This document shows, piece by piece, positions 1 to 13,669 of a stretch of 64,000 nucleotides of DNA (within the stretch, counting starts at the first letter, position 1; the number at the start of each line of letters is the position of its first letter). The stretch spans positions 207,839 to 271,838 of the forward strand of contig JAQGDQ010000318.1 of NCBI GenBank assembly GCA_030141605.1, in the 5' to 3' direction. The notes beneath the pieces were generated by a model that had not been told where the DNA came from, ran no database searches, and was given only the letters and a program-made list of their open reading frames with translations. Source of the stretch: Tubiluchus corallicola (lineage: Eukaryota; Animalia; Priapulida). A program made the position numbers and the translations under genes.

Positions 1-76
1 TTTTAACCTCAATTTCTATGAAGTTTATTCATGTGAAACGTGTATAGAGATTTGCAGTATTGCCCTATATAGACTG

Positions 77-602
77 CAGTGGCGGCTCGTGTATAGGGGC
101 TGTGGAACTGTAGCGCCCCCTGTGTTCACTCATTATTATCGTTAATATTCAATATACTAAGTCGGTTTTCTTTAGTTCTTTCTCTATACTTGTACGGAAC
201 CAGAGCACGTGAGGATAGTACCGCTTGCTTCACAGCCCAAGCAATGCGGTGTTTGGCTGTTGTGCGCATGCGGGCATGTCTGAGATGACATGCTGTACGT
301 TAGGTAGAGAAAGTACTGTCACTCACACAGTTTGTTGTCACGTGCTTAAAAACTGTGTACCGTCACATTCTTGAACTGCGACAATTTAGGCTATTCGTAA
401 GCAAACAATTTTTTTGTTTAGGATTTTGTAAAGTTTATATAAACTTTCGTATGTTTGTTTGTTTAAATTACAATTGCAAGTTACAACATTAAAATTGCAT
501 ATATTACTTTCGTTTTAAACAGTATTAAAACAATGGCTTGAAAATTTTCTGAAGCAGCACCCCCATGCGAAGAAGTTTCTAAAGGTAAGTGCTAAGACAC
601 TG
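77..602 (+). mobile_element. Non-autonomous DNA transposon (hAT-like CAGTG terminus); partial inverted copy at 48715-49006
   Basis: Begins cagtggcggctcgtg and ends acactg; 77-390 matches the reverse complement of 48715-49006. No TSD seen. Confidence 0.55.
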
Positions 603-690
603 ATAAATCAAGTAGAATACAGGTGACTTTCGTTTTATATCTCATAGACTTTAGACGTTATTTTATGAATCAGTAGTGATACCATACATT

Positions 691-1077
<387 letters not shown>

Positions 1078-1177
1078 GTCAAGTCACATGCTTACAATGT
1101 TGTCTGTAAAAACCAACTGCCCAGGTAAAATTTTCCATGAAGTGAAAGGAAGCCAGCAATTCAATGAAGGTAAATGT

Positions 1178-1551
1178 TATACTGAGATTGGCAGCGGTGC
1201 CTTTTTGTCACATTCGCGTAGCCGACAAATAGAAGGTGGTACCGTGATAAGCATGATCATGAACTGCAGTGTTAGTTTCATGACGTCATATGACATACAG
1301 CTCATTTTCGTGACGTCATCCGTTTAAACAGTACTGTAACTTTTACGCAAACGTGCTTGACGCGCCAGGGAAGACGTCTGCCATTGCACAAACTGTGGTT
1401 AGTTTCTGACGTAAGCAATAGCTGTGTTCGGTTGCCGTTAATTAACTTTCTAAGCTAATTATTCAAATATAAGGAACAATTGTTAACTTTTATAGGCAAG
1501 AAAATGTATATTTTGGACAGTAAATTGAAATGAGACTGGGTCTTCCTTTAA
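1178..1551 (+). mobile_element. MITE family A, 5'-truncated copy
   Basis: Matches 6847-7388 (inverted) and 18174-18814; ends cttcctttaa. Confidence 0.75.
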
Positions 1552-2184
1552 AAGATATAGGTATAGCTGCACACTCTGTATATGTGTTCACAATGCGTGC
1601 GTGCGTGCGTACATATGCGTGTTGTGTATGTGTCCTTGACCTTATTCTACTTTCTAGCGTTATAATCAAATGAACAAACCTATTCCTACCCCCCCCCCCC
1701 CGCCCACGCATCCCGTCAATTTTTTTATTTGCTCATAATTTTCAACCAAAATCGTATTTACCCAACAACAAAATTGCTGCCACCTAGCGCTAAAATTGAC
1801 ACAAACGATAATAGCGGCACGTGTTTGACAAAGAAAGAAACGCCACCATGCGGAACAAGTACAAACTATCTACATCCTTCTTCTCTCTCCATCACCTACA
1901 CCTGTCCTTGCCTGTTTCCTGGACAGAGAGAGTGGAATAATTTTGTAATCAAATTTTATCATTCATTGCGACACACAAAATGTCCTCCAAGTTTGTATAC
2001 TCCAGGTTCCATGCTTTGTTAATGTATAGAATTTGCCAGCAGATGTTAACTATTATTTTATGCATTTCAATGAATGCCATCCAATTATTATCAATGCTTA
2101 TTCAAAATTTCTGCTTTTCAAGGGCCCGTACGAGCATAAATGTATTGGCAATAACATTGTCAACATAAAATACATCTGTAGGTA

Positions 2185-2332
<148 letters not shown>

Positions 2333-2355
2333 TCTTTAAGCTCTTTAAGCTACTA

Positions 2356-2783
2356 GATTAGGTTAGGTTACGTTAGGCTCCGTAACATTATGTTAGTTTA
2401 GAACGGGTAGGGTTAGTTTCAGGCTAGATTTTTGTTCTTAAATTTCTTTATATTTGCTAATTTGAGGCTTATTTCTGTTATGTTGTGTAATGTTATGTTA
2501 TGTTATGTTATGTTATGTTATGTTATGTTATGTTATGTTATGTTATGTTATGTTATGTTATGTTATGTTATGTTATGTTATGTTATGTTATGTTATGTTA
2601 TGTTGTGTTGTGTTGTGTTGTGTTATGCTATGCTATGCTATGCTATGCTATGCTATGCTATGCTATGTCATGTCATGTCATGTTATGTTATGTTTTATGT
2701 TCGGTTAGGTTAGCTTAGGTTAGGTTAAGTTAGGTTAGGTTACGTTACGTTAGGTTAGGTTAAGTTCGGTTAAGTTAGGTTAA
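2356..2783. repeat. Pentanucleotide tract: (TGTTA)n core flanked by degenerate (TTAGG)n
   Basis: ttagg units at 2358-2378 and 2703-2782; tgtta/tgcta/tgtca run 2476-2700. Confidence 0.9.
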
Positions 2784-3044
2784 ACTATTTCAATTTATCC
2801 ATTTCTAATTTATCTTTAGACCGATTGATTAATATCAAAAATTATACAAAAAGATAAGCTTTTTTCTGCAGCAACAAAGTTCTTACCAGAAGCATTGAAA
2901 TCAATTATGTACAAATGTTCTAATATTCTATTCTATTCTACTAAACCTATACACTTGTGTAATTGGAGTATGACGTTTCTTGAAATTATACCACTTGAAA
3001 TAATACACACGGTTAAGCCAAAAATGACTTTACAACACAGACAT

Positions 3045-5500
3045 ATATAAACAACTCATACGTAACCACTGAGATAAACAATTAAGATGTAGATTAACAA
3101 CTCATGCATGCGTAACCATGTAGAAACAGAATTAAGAAGTAGGTAAACAACTCATGCGTAACCATGGAGATACACCATAAAGATGTAGATAAACAGCTCA
3201 GACGTAACCATGAAGATACACAATTGAGATGTAGATGAACAACTATGTGTAACCATGGAGATACACCATAAAGATGTACATAAACAGCTCAGACGTAACC
3301 ATGAAGATACACAATTGAGATGTAGATGAACAACTCATGCGTAACCATGGAGATACACCATAAAGATGTAGATAAACAGCTCAGACGTAACCATGAAGAT
3401 ACACAATTGAGATGTAGATGAACAACTCATGTGTAACCATGGAGATATACCATAAAGATGTAGATAAACAGCTCAGTCGTAACCATGAAGATACGCAATT
3501 GAGATGTAGATGAACAACTCATGTGTAACCATGGAGATACACCATTAAGATGTAGATAAACAGCTCAGACGTAACCATGAAGATACGCAATTGAGATGTA
3601 GATGAACAATTCATGTGTAACCATGGAGATACACCATAAAGATGTAGATAAACAGCTCAGACGTAACCATGAAGATACACAATTGAGATGTAGATGAACA
3701 ACTCATGTGTAACCATGGAGATATACCATAAAGATGTAGATAAACAGCTCAGTCGTAACCATGAAGATACACAATTGAGATGTAGATGAACAATTCATGT
3801 GTAATCATGGAGATACACCATTAAGATGTAGATAAACAAATCAGACGTAACCATGGAGATACGCAATTGAGATGTAGATGAACAATTCATGTGTAACCAT
3901 GGAGATACACCATTAAGATGTAGATAAACAAATCAGACGTAACCATGGAGATACACAATTGAGATGTAGATGAACAATTCATGTGTAATCATGGAGATAC
4001 ACCATTAAGATGTAGATAAACAAATCAGACGTAACCATGGAGATACGCAATTGAGATGTAGATGAACAATTCATGTGCAACCATGGAGATACACCATTAA
4101 GATGTAGATAAACAAATCAGACGTAACCATGGAGATACGCAATTGAGATGTAGATGAACAACTATGTGTAACCATGGAGATTCACCATAAACATGTACAT
4201 AAACAGCTCAGACGTAACCATGAAGATACACAATTGAGATGTAGATGAACAACTCATGCGTAACCATGGAGATACACCATAAAGATGTAGATAAACAGCT
4301 CAGACGTAACCATGAAGATACACCATTGAGATGTAGATGAACAACTCATGCGTAACCATGGAGATATACCATAAAGATGTAGATAAACAGCTCAGTCGTA
4401 ACCATGAAGATACGCAATTGAGATGTAGATGAACAACTCATGTGTAACCATGGAGATACACCATTAAGATGTAGATAAACAGCTCAGACGTAACCATGAA
4501 GATACGCAATTGAGATGTAGATGAACAACTCATGTGTAATCATGGAGATATACCATAAAGATGTAGATAAACAGCTCAGTCGTAACCATGAAGATACGCA
4601 ATTGAGATGTAGATGAACAATTCATGTGTAATCATGGAGATACACCATTAAGATGTAGATAAACAAATCAGACGTAACCATGGAGATACGCAATTGAGAT
4701 GTAGATGAACAATTCATGTGTAACCATGGAGATACACCATTAAGATGTAGATAAACAAATCAGACGTAACCATGGAGATACGCAATTGAGATGTAGATGA
4801 ACAACTCATGTGTAACCATGCAGATACACCATTAAGATGTAGATAAACAAATCAGACGTAACCATGGAGATACACAATTGAGATGTAGATGAACAACTCA
4901 TGCGTAACCATGGAGATACACAATTAAGATGTAGATGAACAACTCATACGTAACCATGGAGAAACAGAATTAAGACATAGGTAAACAACTCATACGTAAC
5001 CATGGAGAAACAGAATTAAGACGTAGGTAAACAACTGATGCGTAACCATGGAGAAGCAGAATTAAGACGTAGGTAAACAACTGATGCGTAACCACAGAGA
5101 AACAGAATTAAGAGGTAGGTAAACAACTGATGCGTAACCACAGAGAAACAGAATTAAGACGTAGGTAAACAACTCATGCGTAACCATGGAGAAACAGAAT
5201 TAAGACGTAGGTAAACAACTCATGCGTAAGCATGGAGAAACAGAATTAAGACGTAGGTAAAGAACTGATGCGTAAGCATGGAGAAACAGAATTAAGACGT
5301 AGGTAAACAACTGATGCGTAACCATGGAGAAACAGAATTAAGGGGTATTTAAACAACTCATGCGTAACCATGGAGAAACAGAATTAAGACGTAGGTAAAC
5401 AACTCATGCGTAACCATGGAGATACACAATAAAGGTGTTAATAAACAGCTCAGACGTAACCATGAAGACACACAATTAAGAAGTAGATAAACAACACAGA
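3045..5500. repeat. 46-bp satellite, about 53 monomers, with 92-bp A/B higher-order dimer and a terminal C-variant block
   Basis: Units cgtaaccatggagatacaccataaagatgtagataaacagctcaga and cgtaaccatgaagatacacaattgagatgtagatgaacaactcatg alternate (period 92, e.g. 3340 to 3432). Confidence 0.95.
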
Positions 5501-6107
5501 CTTAGGTACATAAACTATATAGATGCATAAGTCAAATGCACTTCAAAAACTCAGCACACTCTCTCCGATGTAAACGATGTAAAACGAAGTAACTGAGAGA
5601 TGTTCCACATAATTAGTATCATCAGTTAATTTAATTTTAAGCTACACGCTTCACAAATTAACCCACTAATGACGTCACGTTCATTTTCATTCACAAACAA
5701 AAATTTCACTGCATCACGCGTTCGGTCAGTTCTAGACGACTGAAAAAGAGGAGACAGAGAGAAAGAGGAGGTAAATCCGGGAGGCAGCAGAGCATCTCCG
5801 TGCAGAGATAAGTGGCGCACAACTGATGCGGAAACCATGGCAGAAACTTGTCACTCATCAGACAACTATTATCTAAACCATGGCAAAAAACAGAAATACA
5901 GCCAAACCGTGATTATCTCATGCATATAGTGAAGTCGATAACAACGATTATGTTAATACGCATTGCTGATCTATATAATAATTGCAGTGAAAGTTTGGAA
6001 TGAATTGTTACAGTAAACCTTGACCAAAACCACGTGACTGTGACGTTAGTATAGGTCAGACTTAAACTACGCTACTGACTTACTTATTTTATTTAATCAT
6101 ATTAGAC

Positions 6108-6390
6108 TTAAAGGACAAGAAAAGGGGTACCTGAAGTTTGTTTCAAAAAATTCGCCTTAAAAAATTATATTACCTTATAGCAATTTTATGCAAAATATCG
6201 TACTTGCGTCGAAAGGATTCTTCTGTTTGTTTTTATTTTAAATCTCCCGCAATACTGTTCCGACGGCGCCATTACATGAAGTCATATACGCACAAAGTAA
6301 TTCAAGGCAAGAAAAGGAAATCTTAAATTATGTCCCAAAGACATTCCTTGCAAAGTTATATTAGTTAGCACTTCGCTTACCTGCTTCAAA
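6108..6390 (+). mobile_element. Interspersed repeat family D (TTAA-AGG start); second copy at 14235-14506
   Basis: Shared ttttaaatctcccgcaatactgttccgacggcgccattacatga and flanks at both loci. Confidence 0.65.
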
Positions 6391-6846
6391 GACTTATGTA
6401 ACTAAAAATATTAATTATTTAAAATGCTTTCACCAATTAGTGAAATGTCGTTGACCTCCAGGGTGCACCGCAACCAAAAACGTATTTTTAACCTCATTGA
6501 TTTTGAAACATTAATTTGAAATGTATTATTTATACGATACAGTATTTAGTTAGTGACGTGTGCGCTACGAATATACTCTGATTATTTTTTCAAACTTTGC
6601 CCAGTGTTATCAAAACTTGTTTCAAATGACTTACTGTCAAAATGGCTACGTCCAACGGTCATCGTGGGAATTTAAATTTACATACAGCGTTACTGTTGAC
6701 GCAAGTCAAATATGCAAAAAGGCAGTATTTAAGTGGTATAAAATCTCAAGAGGAGCTTTTTAAGCTTTATGTAAGTGGAGGGTTTTTGTGCTTTATACAG
6801 CCTTGCACCTTACAGGTGACACAAAATTTCAGGACAATTTCTTTAA

Positions 6847-7388
6847 AGGAAAACCGGACGACTGTTTAGACTCAATCTCATTTTAATTTACTGTCCAAAA
6901 TATAGATTTTCTTGCCTATAAAAGTTAACAATTGTTCCTTATATTTGAATAATTAGCTTAGAAAGTTAATAAATGGCAACTGAACACAGCTATTGCTTAT
7001 GTCAGAAATTAACCACAGTTTGTGCAATAGCAAACATCTTTCCTTGCGCATCATTTGCATAAGTTCATCATCACAAGCACATTTGCATAAGTATTACAGT
7101 ACTGTTCAAACTTGTGATGTCACGAAAATGGGCTCTACATCATATGACGTCAGAAACTAACACTGTAGTTCATGATCATGCTCACGGTACCACCTTCTAT
7201 TTGTCGGCCACGCGCATCTTAGTAGATTCACTGAACCGCACGTAGCTTTGAAAGTTTAACAAAATTTGACTATCCGAGGTAATTATTATTTAATCTAAGC
7301 TTTGGTTTAAAATAAGCTATTATAGTTTTCAATATTTTACAGCATTCTTTATTCTGAACTAATGTTTACACAATCTTCCGGTTTTCCT
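6847..7388 (-). mobile_element. MITE family A, full length, Kolobok-like (TTAA TSD, AGG...CCT termini)
   Basis: ttaa|aggaaaaccgga ... tccggttttcct|ttaa terminal inverted repeat; five copies in the window. Confidence 0.85.
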
Positions 7389-7629
7389 TTAATTTGATGT
7401 GTGAAGAATGTTTTCTTGTGCTTTGAATCAGTCGACTACAATGATTTCAAAACTGCTAATGCTGCGATAATCATTAACGGTTTAAAAAGTGAATTTGTCA
7501 TTTTGAACCCAATACCCGTCCTAAAGCCAGTGTAATACTGTAATCCATCCAGCAGATGATTAAAAGCTTTTTAATACAACTAATCGTAGGATTAGAGGAC
7601 ATATTGAAGAACTTGTCACGGTTGTTGTC

Positions 7630-8185
7630 AAAATTAGGCCTGCATTGTAGGCGAAGAACTAGGCCACGGTTTCAACACCTGTGTTTGTAGACTGAATTAA
7701 GAGCAGGCCTAAGCAATGATCTCAATATTAGGCCTGCATTGTAGGCGAAGAACTAGGCCATGGTTTGAACACTGTGTTTGTAGACTGAATTAAGAGCAGG
7801 CCTAAGAGACGGTCTCAATATTAGGCCTGCGATGTGGGCTGAATTAAGAACAACTTGTGCAGCGTCCCAGCATTAGGCCTGCATTGTAGGCAAAGAACTA
7901 GGTCATGGTTTGAACACCGTGTTTGTAGACTAAATTAAGAGCAGGCCTAAGAGACGGTCTCAATATTAGGCCTGCGATGTGGGCTGAATTAAGAGTAGGC
8001 ATAAGCGACGATCTCAATATGAGGCCTGTGTTGTGGGCTAAATTAAGAGTAGGCCTAAGCAACGATCTCAATGTTAGGCCTGTGTTGTGGGCTGAATTAT
8101 GAGCAGGCCTAAGCGACGATATCAATATTAGGCCTGTGTTGTGGGTTGAATTAATAACTGGGTTATTACCTCAGCATTAGGCCCG
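7630..8185. repeat. 54/94-bp minisatellite with internal inverted repeat
   Basis: Unit ttaggcctg-N21-caggcctaa-gcgacgatctcaata; period 54 (8074 to 8128). Confidence 0.85.
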
Positions 8186-8207
8186 CATTTTAGTCGGAAA
8201 ATCTGAC

Positions 8208-8473
8208 TTAGGCCACGGTCTCAACATTAGATCTGTATTGCAGACTGTTGAGCGCTAGGCCACGGTCTCAACATTAGATCTGTATTGCAGACTGTTGAGA
8301 GCTAGGCCATGGTCTCAACATTAGATCTGTATTGCAGACTGTTGAGAGCTAGGCAACGGTCTCAACATTATATCTGTATTGAAGACTGTTAAGAACTAGG
8401 CCACGGTCTCAACATTAGATCTGTATTGCAGACTGTTGAGAGCTAGGCCATAGCCTTCACGTTACGGTCTCAA
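8208..8473. repeat. 47-bp minisatellite, about 5.5 copies
   Basis: ctaggccacggtctcaacattagatctgtattgcagactgttgagag. Confidence 0.92.
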
Positions 8474-8639
8474 CAACGATTACAGTTCTAATTCGATTTG
8501 TAATCAAAAAAACAGCAAAAACATCCCATCAAACAATCGATTGTTATTCAAACAAGCTATGTACGTTGGGTTTATTTTACTGTTATCAGTTAAACTTGGG
8601 AAAATATAAGAAAGAAATTTGCAAAAAAAGTTCTTTGTA

Positions 8640-9112
8640 TAGAAATTTTTCAACTGCATTCATTTGAGATTGATGACGTAACTGGCGGACTTCGTGACTT
8701 TTCCGAAGTGCACAGTGGCTTTCGAAATTATTTTAAAATTCTGCAGTTTATGTTCATGCAAAAATATCACAAAATTAGCTGTCCGTTTTTTAACTCATTA
8801 TATCTTTGACGGAAATTGATCCTCCGTTGTTTTTCTTCAGTTGACGAATGGCGTCATTGGTGGAAGAATCTGCGTTCAACGTGGAACGACGTCATTGGTG
8901 GAAGAATGTGCGTTCAAAGTTGAATGACGTCATTGGTGGAAGAATGTGCGTTCAAACTGAAAGCGCACAAATGCGAAATGGTCGCGAATTTAAAGTGATT
9001 TTACCAATTACACGAGGCACTTATCACACTTTTGTTACTAAATCTTTCTGTCAATTCTCGCGAACAACGAAAAATAAGCCTAACTTCCCAGAAAACTTTA
9101 CGTTTCCTTTAA
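8640..9112 (+). mobile_element. Interspersed repeat family C (CCT-TTAA end); related end at 45280-45399
   Basis: aataagcctaacttcccagaaa...tttcctttaa shared with 45360-45399; left boundary approximate. Confidence 0.5.
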
Positions 9113-9673
9113 TATAGTTTAGAGTCATAGAAATGCAGTTAATGGAAAGAACATAGACCAAGGTAACGAAAAGTGTGCTCATGGCTCACAAGTAATGCAT
9201 AGCTGGAAATAATACGACAGTCTTACAAAGGCAAAAAACATAGAAACTACGGATTAAAGAAAGAATGCACTTGAAAAAACATTTGAAAATTGTGTTTACA
9301 CAGCAGTTTCTATTGTACTCTGTTCCGTTTCAATTTACCGTAACAATTTCACTTTCGTGCGTGGAATAGCTGCAACTGAAAGTGTTAACTAAGTAGACCG
9401 GAAGTTGACTCGGATACGAGGCCTACTAACCTAGAAACTGTACTTCCGGTGAAGAAGAGAGACGACAGAGGAGGTCATGCAAGCGAATCTGATTTGAAAG
9501 TGCATTTGTCGGAGGACGGGAATGGTGACGATGAGGCAATTTCGCGATTCGTTAAACACAGAGCATCGTCCCCTGCGCAATTTCGAGATTCACGCGACTG
9601 TGACATAGTTTGCGGCTGTGATCTCGATTCCTGGGAATCACACCAGGCGGCATGACGATACTATGTTTTCACT

Positions 9674-10067
9674 AAGGGTGAGCATCGAACATTCGAAGTC
9701 GATTCGAACGAATCTTTTTTAGTTCGAATTCGATTCAAACCTAAAACTATAAATTCGAATAATTCAGCACTTCAGGCACATACCTGCTTTATCATTAAAA
9801 TGTATGAAACAGAAAGCGATTAGCGCAATTTAGCTGCAACTTCTCTGCAAAATTTTTAACAAACTAAAGCGGCTTAATTGCACAACAAAATCAAGTAATA
9901 TGCACGATCTTTGTAAGACCACTTTTTACCACTGGTTCAAAAATCTTTCAAACCCCATTCGAATTCGATTCGGATTCGAGATGGTGAAATTCGGTTCGAT
10001 TCGAATTTGAAAGTCGGAAATTCGATTCGACTCGAATTCGCTTTCTGGTAGGGAATACTCACCCCTT
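9674..10067. mobile_element. hAT-like MITE with TTCGA subterminal repeats
   Basis: aagggtgagca ... tactcacccctt inverted ends; ttcga/tcgaa clusters inside both ends. Confidence 0.65.
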
Positions 10068-10465
10068 GTATTTGCAAATATGGATGTCATATTGATATGT
10101 GGACTTCACCACAACTTTGCAGCAATATTTTAATCAATAATTTATTTTTAATCAATAATTTGTTTTCAATCAATAAGTGCAAACTGTATCCAGTATCCAG
10201 TAGTTTCCATATCGTACGACAATATTGGTTTAATGTTGTATTAGTATTGGAGAAAGTATCCTATATTGTACCAACATGGTAACAGTATTTTCTCAATGTA
10301 TTTTTTGTCAGGATCTTAACAAGGTCGTGACAAGATCGTGTGCTGCATGGGTCACTAATGGAGTCCTAATGGACACATTCCAAGAATGGGTCCCGAGTGG
10401 CATAGTCCTGTGTTGTCATGGAGAGAGCACAAAACTGCCGTAGATTTTCCGCGAGAATTAATGGT

Positions 10466-11073
10466 GTAAAGCAAAGCCGTACCCAATCTTAAACTGTAGG
10501 TCAAAACAATCTACTCTTTAAAATATTGAAAGGAAACATACTATGTTTTCAAAAATAACTTACGTGAGAGAATTATTACCGTACAAACAAGATTTCACGT
10601 TCGCGCCACTAGTTCTTCACTGTTACATGCATTTCACCATTTGCTAGTTAGACGGGCGCTAGCACCTGCATTTCGGAAAACATTGAAGAAAAACAGGTGC
10701 TGTACAACTGAGTTCAGATGTGTTAATTTGTGACGAACTACATGCGTTCCACAGCTCATGTGTGAGCACAGCAGTAAATTTGAATTTTTGTCTTAAAATA
10801 TGCCTAGTTTTAGTACAACACACTGAATACCTTACAGTAGCACTGTACTTCAATTTTCGCTTTCGCAAACGCTTTCGCATGCTCGTGGAATATTTTTGCT
10901 GTTGAAAATTATGTTAGTTTGGGATGTCATCACTTAGTTGGGCTCGCCCGCTGTTAATTAAGTTTGCAATCTATTATGTAATTATCAGAAACGCTTTCGC
11001 AGTATTAATTGTATACTTTTTACGGTACTTGAAAATGGGGTAGTGTATGAAAAATCATTCTGTTTTTCTTTAA
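10466..11073 (+). mobile_element. MITE family B (Kolobok-like TTAA ends)
   Basis: Copies at 20913-21524 (-), 26726-27240 (-), 43090-43378 (-, partial), 46352-46773 (+), 53340-53680 (degenerate). Confidence 0.8.
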
Positions 11074-11906
11074 CAACATTCATTTGAATAACATTTCCAT
11101 TTAATACGCTCTTCGGTTTGATACAATAACATAGTAATATTTACATGCTTGACGTCTATGAATGTGATAAAAACGGGGCGAAAAGTGTGACGTAATTTCT
11201 AAAAAGAAAAAAGGCAAAGTGCGAACACGGCTTAAGCATACGGCAGTCGTCAAGTACATTGTTCCACTTTAATAAGAATTTACCTGCCCTCAACACACCA
11301 CAAATACTCACAAATACTTTACAAAAGGTTCTAGAAAGTTAGAAAACTAATAATAACATAAGCCCACGTGTTCACTGATGATGTAACAACTTCTCAAAAT
11401 TATTATAAAATTATAGCCAAGATGCCACGGACAGGATGTGAAATAGGAAAATTCTTCATTTCCTGCTATTATACCACAAATCACACCATATTTGGTAAAA
11501 CGGTAATTGTCATCAGCAGTTTAAAATCACCAACCGTTTCATTTAAAGAGACCAGCAAAAGGATTGCCATAAACTTTATAATGGGATAAACTTTCGGGTA
11601 TTTGTAAAACATGATGAAGTAAATGTTTGATCTTACCTACACAAATATTTGCACAATTTTGATGACAATAACGATAATGATGACGATGATTTTGATGATG
11701 ATAACAGTGATGACTTTTGCAGTAAGCAAGCAAATTAATTCTACGTGTAAATCTATATATTTATAGAAACTAGTGTTAGTAAACAGAAAAGGAAAGTGTT
11801 AAATTATGAACTTATTAAAACTTGTTAAATTATTAATTATTGTTAAATTATTAATACTTAAATTTATTTCTTTGGTTATTTATCATAAATAGCAAAAACA
11901 TCAAGC

Positions 11907-11911
11907 AAAAA
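11907..11911 (-). terminator. Pol III oligo-T terminator of 5S gene
   Basis: TTTTT at the 3' end of the 5S sequence. Confidence 0.8.
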
Positions 11912-12029
11912 GCCTACAGCACCTGGTATTCCCAGGCGGTCACCCATCCAAGTACTAACCAGGCTCTACGCTGCTTAACTTCGGTGATCAGACGAGAACC
12001 GGTGTTTTCAACGTGATATGGCCGTAGAC
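11911..12029 (-). rRNA. 5S rRNA: 5S ribosomal RNA
   Basis: Reverse complement GTCTACGGCCATATCACGTTGAAAACACCGG...AGTTAAGC...GGATGGGTGACCGCCTGGGAATACCAGGTGCTGTAGGCT, 119 nt, boxes A and C intact. Confidence 0.97.
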
Positions 12030-13549
12030 ATTTATAGCAGCTTATAACGGGTTTACATAGCAGAGCTCTGATTCAACAGCGTGACGCTCAATATCACACA
12101 AGCTAGATCATTGGTTACTCAACAGTCACGTGATCTTACGATGTGTAACCACCTGTATTCGTTCCTGGTGGCGTGGAGCCACTGTAACGTTTTTGCTGCC
12201 TGTTGTTATCTTTAATACCGCCACAAAGGAGCCTATTTGTTTGTTTATTTGTTTGTTTGTTTGTTCATTAGCAGGACAAGGCAAAGATAATATTGTTGAA
12301 TAAATGTCCTTGAATTAAACTGTTAGAGGGGCGGATCTTTGGTAAAGGAATTTTGGGGCGGATCTAGATCCATTCTTCTATTTGCAAAACATGTTTGCTG
12401 GTAAAAAATTTACGTCTGCGTAGGTAATTTGGCAAACTGTGTATATAATTACAATAGCTTACATAATTACATTAATTTTCACTATTGTTTCGGTCAGACT
12501 TTATTGTTGTAAAATTGTTTTCCATCATGCAGACGAATCAGTGTTCTGCATGATTATAAATTGTACCAGGTGGTGCAAAAAATGTGCGGAAGTTTTGATC
12601 GCGATATTACGAGAAGAAAGTAAAGTAATCGCTTGAGACATTACCACATTAAAGCTTAAGACGTTTGTCTATAAATAGTAAAAATTTGAAGTCATTTCCT
12701 TAGCTTTGTTCAAAGATACAAACGTTTTAAAACAACAAATCAAAAAATCAATAACTTAAAAAAGTTTTGTGTCACTATCGTTTAAATTTACAGCGAATGC
12801 TCTACGTGACAATCATTTCCATTGTAAACTAAACGTTGCAACAGCTGAGAACAGTAAGAACTTTAGTTAGTTCATTTTGTCACGATTTTTGAACTAAAAA
12901 TAATTCCTTTTTTGACCAAGAACAAGGAATTGGAACACGTTCCTAAAACCGAGGAACTTTTGATACCGACATAAGTAAAACAATTGATTAAAGTCTATTT
13001 ATTCTTATGGTTAATGCTGCTTGCTGATTATTGTTGTTTATTGTGTGACATGTGAGGTAGCCACGATGGGCATGGCAAACTATCAAGACTTTATTTAATC
13101 AACTACACATTTAATTAATATCAAACACAACACGGTAAATATAAGAGGATAGTAATGCCAGCCCTCCGTCTTCAAGTCAGTTCCTAATCTCCTCCGAGGT
13201 GCGGGCCTCAAATCACTTGTCTAACTACCTAATGCGTCATGAGCTTCTGTGCATAAGGATTACATCATCAATCTTTATGTCTGAGTCAGCCGGTCGAACA
13301 TCAGCTGATCACGTGATGCCACACCTAACTAGGCTTCTATCCATGACGATAGTTTAATCTTGCATCGTCAAGCATTTAATCTTGATTTATTAATTTAATC
13401 ACCAATTTAATCAAAATCATTGTTTAACACAGCTTTCCTTTACTCATACAGACGAAAATAATTTCCTTGCAATAAACAATAAAATGTTATTTAGTAAACA
13501 TAAATAACCGGTAATTCTCTGGAGATTTCTAGGTAAACAATGTACTTCA

Positions 13550-13669
13550 CTAAACCCCAATCTCCTCATAGACGTTCACTTGTTTGTTGTAATTCGGCCC
13601 GCATAGCAACCGGTCAGCCTCGGGGGAGACATTGTAATACTGAAAGGCAGCTGGTCTCTCCCTCCCCAC
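13550..13669 (-). CDS. Espin-like gene, putative terminal exon 7 (VGRERPAAFQYYNVSPEADRLLCGPNYNKQVNVYEEIGV*)
   Basis: ttgcag acceptor, phase 0, TAG stop, AATAAA at 13386-13391 on minus; no homology support. Confidence 0.5.
   Translation of the reverse strand: MGRERPAAFQYYNVSPEADRLLCGPNYNKQVNVYEEIGV

Noticed and set aside
3045-5500. CRISPR-like regular repeats (also other arrays)
   Set aside because: No unique spacers and no cas genes; eukaryotic tandem satellites.
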